A DNA stretch of 64,000 nucleotides, from IMG/VR virus record IMGVR_UViG_3300030419_005367, positions 1 through 64,000 of that record; one strand, written 5' to 3'. The first letter of the stretch is position 1, and the number at the start of each line of letters is the position of its first letter. A program made the position numbers and the translations under genes. Below are positions 19,566 through 28,836 of this stretch, in pieces. The DNA comes from a virus. The notes beneath the pieces were generated by a model, which saw only the letters and a list, made by a program, of their open reading frames with translations, was not told the DNA's origin and did not search any database.

Positions 19566-20084
19566 ATGGCAACAGTAATGGACATTATTAAAGGTATTTC
19601 ACAGGCAGCCGCAAATGCTTACGACGGCGCTCATGATGCAAGAACCGCAGCCGATGGCGAAGCTCGCACAGCCGGCCTTAAAAGAGAGCAGGGCGACATG
19701 AATCTCGAAGCAAGAGTTTTGGATGGCTTCAACGTAAGGTTCCACGGTGATCGTCTTTCCATTCACTATCACGGTGGCTGCAAACTGAAAGAAACCCACA
19801 ATAGAAGTGAGTTTGAAAACGGAATTAATCAACACCTTGCCGACGTTGTTAAATATCTTAAAAAAGAATACAAAAAGATCACAGGAAACACTCTGACCCT
19901 TACACAGGAAGGTGACTCGGATATCTTGGTTCAGTACATCAGTCGCGTCCGTTGCGACGTTCAGGCTTCTTGTATGTACAAGATTGGCGGAATGAAGGGG
20001 GTCCTTGATGCAAAAGAGCCTTCTTCTGAAGAACGTCTAGATGATGCAATTAAAAATTGGTTGAAACTCGGCAAGGGTGGGTAA
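19566..20084 (+). CDS. hypothetical protein upstream of terminase
   Basis: 172 aa ORF with SD AGGAG. Confidence 0.7.
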   Translation: MATVMDIIKGISQAAANAYDGAHDARTAADGEARTAGLKREQGDMNLEARVLDGFNVRFHGDRLSIHYHGGCKLKETHNRSEFENGINQHLADVVKYLKKEYKKITGNTLTLTQEGDSDILVQYISRVRCDVQASCMYKIGGMKGVLDAKEPSSEERLDDAIKNWLKLGKGG

Positions 20085-20092
20085 GAAGGTGA

Positions 20093-21679
20093 ATGGGACA
20101 CCAACTCACAAAGAAAGAGATCACAAGAGAAATTCTCAAGTGTGGTAAAGACCCCGTTTATTTCATCAACAATTATGCAAAGATTTCCCACCCGATGCAC
20201 GGGCTGGTACCTTTTAAGCTTTATGATTATCAGGCTGATCTAGTCGAAGACTTTAACGATTACCGCTTTAACATTATCCTTAAGGCTCGACAACTTGGTA
20301 TTTCTACGGTAACTGCTGCATACATTGCTTGGCTGATGATGTTTCACCGCGACAAGAACATTCTTGTTATGGCAACAAAGTTTGGAACAGCAGGAAACTT
20401 AGTTAAGAAAGTAAAAGCTATTGTAAAAAATCTACCATCTTGGGTTAGGATTGCAAATGTTTCCATCGACAACAGAACTTCTTTTGAGCTTTCTAACGGA
20501 TCTCAGATTAAAGCATCTTCAACCTCTGGCGATGCTGGTCGTTCCGAAGCGCTGTCTCTTCTTGTAATTGACGAGGCTGCCCACGTTGATGGCCTTGAAG
20601 AGTTATGGACAGGTCTTTATCCTACATTGTCCACAGGTGGTCGCTGCATCGCCCTTTCAACCCCAAACGGTGTCGGAAACTGGTTTCACAAGAGCTACAC
20701 AGATTCAGAAAGCCAGCAAAATGATTTTCACCCAACTCTTTTAATGTGGGATGTACACCCAGATCGTGATCAAGAATGGTTTGAACATGAGACAAGAAAT
20801 ATGTCTCGTCGCCAGATTGCACAAGAGTTGGAATGCAACTTCAATACTTCTGGTGAAACAGTAATCCATCCGGAAGACATTAATCGCATGCTAGAGGATG
20901 TTTGCGAGCCAAAATATAGAACCGGCTTTGATAGAAATTTTTGGATTTGGGAAAGTTATCTTCCGGAATGCACTTATCTATTATCTGCCGACGTTGCGAG
21001 AGGTGATGGTAAAGATCATTCTGTTTTTCATATATTTAAATTAGATACAATGGAGATCGTGGCTGAGTACCAAGGAAAGGTAGCACCAGATGTTTTCTCT
21101 CAAATTATTGCAGACGCCGGAGGCGAATATGGAAATTGCTTAGCTGTTGTCGAAAACAACACAGTGGGCTTCGCAGTTTTAGATAAATTAAAAGAAAAAG
21201 ATTACCCAAACATTTATTATTCAATTAAATCAAGTCACCAGTATGTAGACCAACTCGAAGCTGAACATAACAGTTCTGCAGTGGCGGGATTTACAACATC
21301 TCTAAAAACACGCCCAATGATCGTGGCTAAAATGGAAGAGTTCGTAAGAAACAGACTAGTTAAGGTGTATTCTTCCAGACTTCTAAACGAATTTAAAACA
21401 TTTATTTGGAATAATGGACGCCCGCAGGCAATGCGTAGCTATCATGATGATTTAATTATGGCTTTTGCAATTGGTTGTTGGGTGAAGGATACTGCATTCG
21501 CCGAGGCGCAAAGAGACGTGCAATATCAAAAAGCAATCTTAAATTCTATGAAGAAAAGTGATAGTATAATGAATACAACTATTCCGGGCATGCAAGGGTA
21601 TAGACCCACGAATAGTTCGGAAAAAGCAAAAACAGAGACCGAAAAGAATAAAGACTTTATGTGGCTCTTTAAAGGATAA
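20093..21679 (+). CDS. terminase large subunit (T4 gp17-like)
   Basis: LYDYQ Q-motif, KARQLGIST Walker A, LLVIDEAA Walker B, STPNG coupling motif; nuclease DVARG, VENN and HDDLIMA. Confidence 0.95.
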   Translation: MGHQLTKKEITREILKCGKDPVYFINNYAKISHPMHGLVPFKLYDYQADLVEDFNDYRFNIILKARQLGISTVTAAYIAWLMMFHRDKNILVMATKFGTAGNLVKKVKAIVKNLPSWVRIANVSIDNRTSFELSNGSQIKASSTSGDAGRSEALSLLVIDEAAHVDGLEELWTGLYPTLSTGGRCIALSTPNGVGNWFHKSYTDSESQQNDFHPTLLMWDVHPDRDQEWFEHETRNMSRRQIAQELECNFNTSGETVIHPEDINRMLEDVCEPKYRTGFDRNFWIWESYLPECTYLLSADVARGDGKDHSVFHIFKLDTMEIVAEYQGKVAPDVFSQIIADAGGEYGNCLAVVENNTVGFAVLDKLKEKDYPNIYYSIKSSHQYVDQLEAEHNSSAVAGFTTSLKTRPMIVAKMEEFVRNRLVKVYSSRLLNEFKTFIWNNGRPQAMRSYHDDLIMAFAIGCWVKDTAFAEAQRDVQYQKAILNSMKKSDSIMNTTIPGMQGYRPTNSSEKAKTETEKNKDFMWLFKG

Positions 21680-21684
21680 AACAA

Positions 21685-23634
21685 ATGGCAGGCAAATACG
21701 GAAGAAAAGGAAGCAATCCTAGAAATCAAGATTCTAAACTGTTTAAACAGTTAACCAGATTATTTTCTGGACCAATTGTAAACTATAGAAAGCAGATCCC
21801 GAGAAAAAACAAAAGACGTCATTTAGATAAACATCAGTTTAAATCAGCGTCTGGAAAGCAATTTAAGAAAGTCGCATATGATCCGTTTGAGAATTTATCT
21901 TCAATGCTGCTTCAGAATCAGGGCCGTGTCGAAAGATATAGTGACTTTGATCAAATGGAGTATGAGCCAATCATCGCCTCAGCTTTGGATATTTATGCAG
22001 ATGAAATGACAACCTCTTCTGATTTACAACCATTGCTTTCAATTAAGTGTCCTAATGAGGAAATCAAAGCCATCTTGAATAGTTTGTACCACCAAGTTCT
22101 TAATATTGAATTTAATCTTTTTGGTTGGTGTCGCTCAATGTGTAAGTTTGGCGATCTTTTTCTTTATTTGGATATTGATGAAACACTGGGTATTCAAAAT
22201 TGTATTGGCTTACCATCTCACGAAGTCGAAAGACTTGAAGGCGAAGATAAAACAAATCCAAATTACGTACAATATCAATGGAACTCTGGCGGTTTAACAT
22301 TCGAGAACTGGCAGGTTGCCCATTTTCGCATTCTTGGAAACGACAAGTATGCCCCTTATGGAACATCTGTTTTAGAAGCATCACGGCGTATCTTTAGACA
22401 GCTTGTCTTACTCGAAGATGCAGTAATGGCTTATCGCATTGTTCGCTCACCAGAAAGGCGTGTATTTTATATCGATGTAGGTGGAGTTGCACCAGAGGAC
22501 GTGGAACAATATATGCAAAAGGTTATGACTCAGATGAAACGTAATCAGATTGTAGACTCTACGACCGGTCGAGTTGATCTTCGCTACAACCCGTTGAGTA
22601 TTGAGGAAGATTACTTTGTTCCAACAAGAGGAAACACATCTTCTAGAATTGAGAACCTCCCGGGAGGTGCATACTCTGGTGATATTGATGATGTTAAATA
22701 TTTGAAAGATAAGCTCTTTGCAGCACTTAAAGTCCCTCAAGCTTATTTGTTTAGAGGAGAAGGTGCAGAAGAAGACAAAACAACTCTTGCTCAAAAAGAT
22801 ATTCGTTTTGCTAGAACAATTCAAAGACTACAGAGATCAGTTGTTGCAGAGTTAGAAAAGATTGGAATTATCCATCTTTATACTTTAGGTTATAGGCACG
22901 AGGACCTTGTTTCATTTAAACTGTTCTTAAACAACCCATCTAAGATTGCGGAACTTCAAGAGCTTGAGCACTGGAGAACTAAGTTTGATACCGCCGGCGC
23001 GGCCACTGAAGGTTATTTCTCAAAGCGTTGGGTGGCTGAACACATCTTCAACCTTTCTGAAGAGGAGTTTGTCCGTAATCAAAGAGAAATGTTCTATGAT
23101 CGCAAGTTTGAAGCAATGCTTGAAGCTGAATCTGAAGCCGGCCTTGAAGCCGCCGCTGGAGATCTGGGCGATCTTGGTGCTGATGAAGACCTTGGTGGTG
23201 AAGATCTTGATGCCGGAGATCTCGAAGCAGATCTCGGAGATGAGCTTGGTGGCGAAGAATTGGGAGCGGAAGAAGAAGACGAAGGCGTACTTTTAGCCGA
23301 GCCCGGAAAACGAAATGAGTATACCAAGTCGGGATGGAAAGGTGCGACATATACAAAGGTTGAAGACACTCGCGGAGATCGCCGATCTCGCGGAGCTAGA
23401 TACCGAAGCAACATTTCCAAAGGTGGCGATTCTGTTGGCCGTAATACAAGAAGGAATACTTTTAAAGGATACTCTGAATTATCTAGTTTGGCAAACCTTA
23501 CTTATGAGCAGAAAGATACTACTTATAATGACGGTGAGGAAAGAAGACTTTTTGAAGTTAAGACCGCTGTAAAAAATCTAATTACTGAATTAGAGAAAAA
23601 GGATTTAAAAAAGGATGACAAAGTTGAAGCATAA
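21685..23634 (+). CDS. portal protein (T4 gp20-like) with acidic/basic C-terminal extension
   Basis: LLEDAVMAYRIVRSPERRVFYIDVG, EEDYFVP, ALKVP and DIRFARTIQRLQ motifs. Confidence 0.95.
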   Translation: MAGKYGRKGSNPRNQDSKLFKQLTRLFSGPIVNYRKQIPRKNKRRHLDKHQFKSASGKQFKKVAYDPFENLSSMLLQNQGRVERYSDFDQMEYEPIIASALDIYADEMTTSSDLQPLLSIKCPNEEIKAILNSLYHQVLNIEFNLFGWCRSMCKFGDLFLYLDIDETLGIQNCIGLPSHEVERLEGEDKTNPNYVQYQWNSGGLTFENWQVAHFRILGNDKYAPYGTSVLEASRRIFRQLVLLEDAVMAYRIVRSPERRVFYIDVGGVAPEDVEQYMQKVMTQMKRNQIVDSTTGRVDLRYNPLSIEEDYFVPTRGNTSSRIENLPGGAYSGDIDDVKYLKDKLFAALKVPQAYLFRGEGAEEDKTTLAQKDIRFARTIQRLQRSVVAELEKIGIIHLYTLGYRHEDLVSFKLFLNNPSKIAELQELEHWRTKFDTAGAATEGYFSKRWVAEHIFNLSEEEFVRNQREMFYDRKFEAMLEAESEAGLEAAAGDLGDLGADEDLGGEDLDAGDLEADLGDELGGEELGAEEEDEGVLLAEPGKRNEYTKSGWKGATYTKVEDTRGDRRSRGARYRSNISKGGDSVGRNTRRNTFKGYSELSSLANLTYEQKDTTYNDGEERRLFEVKTAVKNLITELEKKDLKKDDKVEA

Positions 23635-24448
23635 TAAGAAAAGAAATACCGCTTTTCTTTACGAGACCCTCGTTAGAGAACTTACTAAATCTATTGTAAA
23701 AAAGAACAATGAGCGTAAAGAAAAACTCATGGAAACAATTAAAGAATTTTTTAGCAAGGATAAGCTTCTTGCAAAAGAACTTGAGCTTTATAAATCGCTC
23801 TGCGAAACATATAGCATGGAGCCGCACGTTGCCGAGAAATTAATTTTTGAGATTAGAAAACAACACGGCAATTTGGACAAGAAAAAGATTTTTAATGAGC
23901 AAAGTTCTCTTATTAAGAAGATGAACCAGATCATTTCAAAAAATGCTTTTTCTAGTTTTGTTCCAAATTATAAAAGCCTTGCCACTGTCTATCAGATTTT
24001 TAACCAAGACACTCCAACAAAAGAAAGAGTTCTTTTAGAAAATAAAATGTTGAAGGCAATGACAACCAAGGCAAAAGAAATCATTCAGGAAATGAAGCCT
24101 ATTGATGACATTACTTTTAAAACATTTGCTGAAAAATTCAATACAGAATACTCAAGCCACCTTATTAGCGAGCAGAAAGATCTTTTAACAAAGTATATTT
24201 CTTCTTTTGTTGATAACGGCGTTGAGCTTAAAATCTTCTTAAACGAGGAACTGGGGAGACTGAAAAAGGTCGTTACCGAGTCTATGACAATGGAAGAGAT
24301 CAAGGCCGACGAAGAGATGAGCGATAAAACAAAAAAGGTTTTGGAGATTATCGACGATTTCAGAAACCATAAGATCGGAAAGGAACTTATTGAAAAAGTT
24401 CTTAAAATTCAAAATCTAGTAAGAGAGATCGAAACGGATGTCAATTGA
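23615..24448 (+). CDS. hypothetical helical protein of the head module
   Basis: 277 aa; starts KHNKKRNTAFLYE; directly follows portal. Confidence 0.7.
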   Translation: MTKLKHNKKRNTAFLYETLVRELTKSIVKKNNERKEKLMETIKEFFSKDKLLAKELELYKSLCETYSMEPHVAEKLIFEIRKQHGNLDKKKIFNEQSSLIKKMNQIISKNAFSSFVPNYKSLATVYQIFNQDTPTKERVLLENKMLKAMTTKAKEIIQEMKPIDDITFKTFAEKFNTEYSSHLISEQKDLLTKYISSFVDNGVELKIFLNEELGRLKKVVTESMTMEEIKADEEMSDKTKKVLEIIDDFRNHKIGKELIEKVLKIQNLVREIETDVN

Positions 24449-24992
24449 AATTAAAGTAGGTTCAGGTGAGGTAGCAGAAGAGGAAAAGCCAGTTCAGGCT
24501 TCTATGTCCTTGAACGCTCGCAAGTCTCTTGATGGCAACATTATGATATTTGATCACGAAGAGATCGACATCGTTGTAATGCCTAAAGAAAACAAAGTTA
24601 TTGCATTTCCGAAAGATCTTATGCAAGATACTGTTTATGCCGCACAAGATAGACTTTTCTACCACTTGACAAAGAAAGGTATCGTATTACCAGAATCCGT
24701 CCGCGGAGGAAACGTTTATGGTTCACTAGAGGCAACGATAGCCACGCCAATTCAAGAAGATGTTTCCGGAGTTCAGTCGGCAGTTTTCTCGATTGGTAAG
24801 TTTATTTTGGAAGAGAAGCCTTATTTTGAGACATATAAGCAATATGAGGAAGATGCTTCCGAAGAGCTTACAGATCCGGATGAAGACGCCTCAACAGAGC
24901 TTGGCGAGGTACCTCACGAAGAAGAGAAAGGTTCTTTACGAAAGGGTTGGATCCGCGGCCCCTATGGTATGACCTATACATATCGTTACTAA
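24438..24992 (+). CDS. hypothetical protein
   Basis: 184 aa ORF with an acidic C-terminal half, overlapping the previous stop. Confidence 0.65.
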   Translation: MSIEIKVGSGEVAEEEKPVQASMSLNARKSLDGNIMIFDHEEIDIVVMPKENKVIAFPKDLMQDTVYAAQDRLFYHLTKKGIVLPESVRGGNVYGSLEATIATPIQEDVSGVQSAVFSIGKFILEEKPYFETYKQYEEDASEELTDPDEDASTELGEVPHEEEKGSLRKGWIRGPYGMTYTYRY

Positions 24993-25000
24993 GAGGCTAT

Positions 25001-25309
25001 ATGGAATTACTTTATTTTATTCTATGTGCCTATGGTATAACTTCAATTATTGTCTATAGTCATATTGTTAAAGCTCCACGAGAATATCTTTCATCGAAAT
25101 CTGATTGGGTGTGTGAATTGCTTCATTGCTCAATGTGCACTGGCTTTTGGGTTGGAGTATTTCTATGTGGCGTAAACGGATTCACTGAACTATTTACATT
25201 TGACTATAATTTCATCAACTTTTTGCTTTTGGGATCGCTTAGTGCTGGCACTTCATACCTATTAAATGCTGTTGTTGATGATGATGGTATCAAAATTGGG
25301 AGTAAATAA
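25001..25309 (+). CDS. small membrane protein with CxxC (DUF1360-like)
   Basis: Start reassigned to MELLYF (SD GAGG); three hydrophobic segments; LLHCSMCTGFWVG motif. Confidence 0.6.
   Translation: MELLYFILCAYGITSIIVYSHIVKAPREYLSSKSDWVCELLHCSMCTGFWVGVFLCGVNGFTELFTFDYNFINFLLLGSLSAGTSYLLNAVVDDDGIKIGSK
25189..25196 (+). promoter_or_regulatory. putative intragenic late promoter ACTATTTA
   Basis: Exact motif about 190 nt upstream of the prohead protease start. Confidence 0.4.
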
Positions 25310-25310
25310 A

Positions 25311-25379
25311 ATGAACACTGACGCCTTCACACTAAAATGGATGTTGCAACCAGTTAGACGTTGCTGCAAAGGATCGTGA
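25311..25379 (+). CDS. 22 aa micropeptide MNTDAFTLKWMLQPVRRCCKGS
   Basis: Translated by hand; SD GGGAG 8 nt upstream; exactly fills the gap between two genes. Confidence 0.45.
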   Translation: MNTDAFTLKWMLQPVRRCCKGS

Positions 25380-25381
25380 CT

Positions 25382-25993
25382 ATGAGCAAGTATTTATTAA
25401 GAGAATTCTATGAGCTTTGCCCGAACGGCACTTGCGAAGATCTTCTTACAGAAGACGACAAGCGAATGATCCGTGAAAACGGAGCAATGTTCCTTACTGG
25501 TGTTATGCAAAGAGCAGATGCTCAAAATGGAAATGGGCGTGTTTACCCAAAGGGAATCTTGGAGAGAGAGATTGAGAATTATAAGAAGATCGTAAAGGAA
25601 CGCCGAGCACTTGGCGAGCTTGATCATCCAGACGATTCCGTCGTTAACCTTAAAAATGCCTCACATATGATCACAGATGTTTGGTGGGATGGCAATGACG
25701 TTATGGGAAAAGCACAAATTCTCAACACTCCTTCTGGCCAAGTCCTTAAAGAACTTGTGAATGCCGGCGTAAAGCTAGGCATTTCATCTCGCGGCCTAGG
25801 CTCAGTTAGCGAACAAATGGGCAAAACAATCGTTGAAGACGATTTTCAGCTTATTTGCTTTGATTTTGTATCTGAGCCCTCAACCTCTGGTGCATTTATG
25901 ATGACCGAGGGTAAAGACATTAACTTAGACAAGGTATTTACAAAAGCCGATAAGATTAATCGCGCTTTAAACGAAATTCTAAAAGGAAAATAA
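25382..25993 (+). CDS. prohead core protease (T4 gp21-like)
   Basis: NGNGRVYP, ALGELDHP, ILNTPSG, LGISSRGLGS and DFVSEPS motifs; start reassigned to MSKYLLRE. Confidence 0.95.
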   Translation: MSKYLLREFYELCPNGTCEDLLTEDDKRMIRENGAMFLTGVMQRADAQNGNGRVYPKGILEREIENYKKIVKERRALGELDHPDDSVVNLKNASHMITDVWWDGNDVMGKAQILNTPSGQVLKELVNAGVKLGISSRGLGSVSEQMGKTIVEDDFQLICFDFVSEPSTSGAFMMTEGKDINLDKVFTKADKINRALNEILKGK

Positions 25994-25995
25994 AA

Positions 25996-26097
25996 ATGAA
26001 AAACCTACTTCACAAACTTGTAAACTTACTTAACAGCAGTCATTGTTGTTGCTGCTGTGGATGTTGCACATGTGCCACTTGCGCAGGGAAGTGCTAA
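25996..26097 (+). CDS. 33 aa Cys-rich micropeptide MKNLLHKLVNLLNSSHCCCCCGCCTCATCAGKC
   Basis: Translated by hand; SD AAGGA; starts 2 nt after the protease stop, and its TAA abuts the next ATG. Confidence 0.65.
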   Translation: MKNLLHKLVNLLNSSHCCCCCGCCTCATCAGKC

Positions 26098-26529
26098 ATG
26101 AAAAAAGCGGATTTAAAAAAAGTTTTAAAACCACTTGTTAAAGAATGTATTCAAGAAGCCCTCCTCGAAGAGGGTTTATTGTCTAACGTTATTTCTGAAG
26201 TCGTAAAAGGTCTGAGCGTTCAACCTCTTGTTGAACAGGTCCAGCCAAAACAATCTCAAGCTGAAATTACAGAACAAAAGATTATCGACGAGGAAACACA
26301 AAAAAGAAAACAAAAGATTAATGAAACTAGAAAGCAAATGTTAGATGCAATCGGAAAGGATTCTTACAATGGGATCGATCTTTTCGAAGGCACAGATCCG
26401 ATGAGAGAGTCAAGCAACCCACACAGCCCACTCGCAAATACCGACCCCAGAGATTCTGGAGTCGACATTTCCAGTCTGATGGGCAATAAAAAAGTGTGGA
26501 AAGCCTTAGCAGGAAATTCAAATGAGTAA
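26098..26529 (+). CDS. hypothetical head-module protein
   Basis: 143 aa; starts MKKADLKKVLKPLVKECIQEALLEE. Confidence 0.65.
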   Translation: MKKADLKKVLKPLVKECIQEALLEEGLLSNVISEVVKGLSVQPLVEQVQPKQSQAEITEQKIIDEETQKRKQKINETRKQMLDAIGKDSYNGIDLFEGTDPMRESSNPHSPLANTDPRDSGVDISSLMGNKKVWKALAGNSNE

Positions 26530-26743
26530 TAAACACCCAATTAATGTAGAAACAAAGCCGAAACCAAATGAGTCTATTGAGCGTACTTTAAAGAGATTCT
26601 CAAGAAAGGTAAAAAAAGAGGGAATTTTGGATCAACTCCGCGAACGTTCTCGTTTTGAAAAACCCTCTGACAAGAAGAGACGCCTAGCTAAGAAAAGAAA
26701 GGCAGTATTAAGAAGACTAAAACAGAAAGAGCAAACTAGTTAA
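26522..26743 (+). CDS. rpsU: phage-encoded 30S ribosomal protein bS21
   Basis: NESIERTLKRFSRKVKKEGILDQLRERSRFEKPSDKKRR matches the bS21 pattern (E..E..L.RF.R.....G...E.R....EKP). Confidence 0.88.
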   Translation: MSNKHPINVETKPKPNESIERTLKRFSRKVKKEGILDQLRERSRFEKPSDKKRRLAKKRKAVLRRLKQKEQTS

Positions 26744-26771
26744 ATCATAAAGGATTCTGAGGAGATAGATA

Positions 26772-27245
26772 GTGTCAATACACAAGTACAGTAGCTGGGG
26801 AAGAACAAGAGGCCCGAAGAATATAACCGGCACAATCGGCGGCGCTGTGACGCTAGAAGCAAACACCAACAATATGCTCGGAAGTGCATCTGGTTATAAA
26901 CTAGTAGGGTATGCAACCCAAAATCAAAGATGGCTTCACGTTCTTGTTAACGCCGCAGACGATGATTCAACACCCGCTGCAATAACCGTGTTTGGATATT
27001 GTCACGCTTTTGAAAGGTGGTTTGAGATTGGAGCTTCCACGATGGACACTCCGATCACCGCAGATGATGCAAATATTGCACCAACAGCCGCATCGATACA
27101 AGCTGCCGATGTCGACACGAACGAAGAAGATCAAGTCCCTAGCCACAAAGAATACCGACGCTATGATATATTAGGAATAGATCGTGTTGCATTTGTTGGT
27201 AACGACGCTGAATCTAATGTATATGCCGCTTGTAGTACATTTTAA
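26772..27245 (+). CDS. hypothetical virion protein, tandem paralog 1
   Basis: GTG start with SD GAGGAG; near-colinear with the next gene. Confidence 0.7.
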   Translation: MSIHKYSSWGRTRGPKNITGTIGGAVTLEANTNNMLGSASGYKLVGYATQNQRWLHVLVNAADDDSTPAAITVFGYCHAFERWFEIGASTMDTPITADDANIAPTAASIQAADVDTNEEDQVPSHKEYRRYDILGIDRVAFVGNDAESNVYAACSTF

Positions 27246-27267
27246 TGGTTAAGATAGGAGTAGATTA

Positions 27268-27744
27268 ATGGCAACATTTAACAAATACAATAGCTGGGGA
27301 AGAACGAGAAGCCCAAAGAATTTAGCCGGTGACCCGGGCACTGCAATAACACTACACGGACACGTCAATGCACTCAAAGCCGACTCTGCCGGCTACAAAC
27401 TTAAAGGAAACCCAACAGAGAATCAGAGATATCTGCACGTTCTCGTATGCGATGCCAATGGTTCCGGCACACCCGGGGCAATAACCGTGTATGGGTATTG
27501 CCACGCTTTTGAGCACTGGTTTGAGATTGGAGCCTCCACATTGGACACTCCGATATCTGCAGCTTCTGCGAATACTGCACCAACGGCTGCGACAATAACT
27601 GCCGCAAATTCAGGAAGAGCAGACGATTCTCAAGTTCCTAGTGATAGAGAGTATCGACGCTATGATATATGTGGAATCGACCGCATTGCTTTTGTCGGCG
27701 ATGACGACGAATCTAACGTATATGCTGCTTGTAGCACATTCTAG
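27268..27744 (+). CDS. hypothetical virion protein, tandem paralog 2
   Basis: Shares SWGRTR.PKN, GYCHAFE.WFEIGAST.DTPI and ESNVYAACSTF with the previous gene. Confidence 0.7.
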   Translation: MATFNKYNSWGRTRSPKNLAGDPGTAITLHGHVNALKADSAGYKLKGNPTENQRYLHVLVCDANGSGTPGAITVYGYCHAFEHWFEIGASTLDTPISAASANTAPTAATITAANSGRADDSQVPSDREYRRYDICGIDRIAFVGDDDESNVYAACSTF

Positions 27745-27764
27745 GGCATTTAAGCATTCGACGC

Positions 27765-27773
27765 ACTATTTAT
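27765..27773 (+). promoter_or_regulatory. putative late promoter ACTATTTAT for scaffold and capsid
   Basis: Intergenic motif 29 nt before ATG 27803. Confidence 0.6.
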
Positions 27774-27802
27774 TTTGATAAATAATCCCCGGAGTATATC
27801 AC

Positions 27803-28825
27803 ATGTCTAAAATGTTAGAACAAGCAATTATCGATGCCGAGGCGCTCAAAGAGGCCGCGTTAAAAAATGCAGAAGCTGCTATCGTTGAGAAATATTCTCA
27901 CGAAGTGAGAGAGGTTGTAGATCAACTTCTTGAACAACCAGAGGACGAATTGGGTGGTGAACTAGATGCCGCCCCAGCCGCCGATGAATTTGGCGATATG
28001 CCACGCGCCGATATTGAAGGTGAAGATATGTGCCCTTGTCCAGATGAAGAAGAAGAGATTGAGATTGATTTTGATGCTCTTGCACAACAAATGGATGCCG
28101 AGGATGAAGAAGAGATGGTCGACCGTGAAGAAATGATTGACGACCTTATGGAAGAAAAAGAAGAAGAATTAACAGAAGACGAAGAGCAGATTGACGAGGA
28201 TCAAGATCTTGACGAGATCACAGAGGCTCTCGTTGCTGAACTCCTTGAAGAACTTAATGTAGACGTTAAGGCTGTACCAACCGGACAGGCTGGTGGTGCC
28301 TCTAATGCTGCACTGGATAGAGAGCAAGTTGAGATTGCACTTGCCCAATTGGCCCAAGAAGAGGCTAAGGGTGAGGCAATGAAGCATGAAGAGAATGCCC
28401 TTGAGGAAGAGAAAGAAGAACTCGAAGAGGCCCTTAATGCTGCAAAGTCGACAAACGACGAACTTGTAACTGAGAATAAAGAACTTAAGAGCTTGCTTGT
28501 AAAAGTAAAGGATCGACTTGAAGAAGTTAACCTTTCTAATGCAAGACTGCTCTACACGAATCGCATTTTGAGTAGTACCTCCCTGAATGAGCGACAAAAG
28601 AATAAAATTGTCGAGTCTATTTCAAAATCCGAGTCTGTTGAAGAAGCAAAGACAATCTTTGAAACTCTTCAAAGCGCAACGGGCGACAAGAAACGTCAGC
28701 CAAAATCGTTGAGCGAAGTAGTATCACGCCCTTCAACAACTTTACCTCGTCGTGAAAAACGAGGAAATATTTCAGACCCCGTATCTAATCGCTGGAAAGC
28801 GCTAGCGGGGATAGACAAAAAATAA
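27803..28825 (+). CDS. prohead scaffolding/core protein (T4 gp22 equivalent)
   Basis: Very acidic coiled-coil protein immediately before the MCP; ends RWKALAGI. Confidence 0.75.
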   Translation: MSKMLEQAIIDAEALKEAALKNAEAAIVEKYSHEVREVVDQLLEQPEDELGGELDAAPAADEFGDMPRADIEGEDMCPCPDEEEEIEIDFDALAQQMDAEDEEEMVDREEMIDDLMEEKEEELTEDEEQIDEDQDLDEITEALVAELLEELNVDVKAVPTGQAGGASNAALDREQVEIALAQLAQEEAKGEAMKHEENALEEEKEELEEALNAAKSTNDELVTENKELKSLLVKVKDRLEEVNLSNARLLYTNRILSSTSLNERQKNKIVESISKSESVEEAKTIFETLQSATGDKKRQPKSLSEVVSRPSTTLPRREKRGNISDPVSNRWKALAGIDKK

Positions 28826-28836
28826 GGAGAATTAAA

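Noticed and set aside
26772-27744. Diversity-generating retroelement template/variable repeat pair
   Set aside because: Both copies are full ORFs, differences are not adenine-specific, and no reverse transcriptase is in the window.
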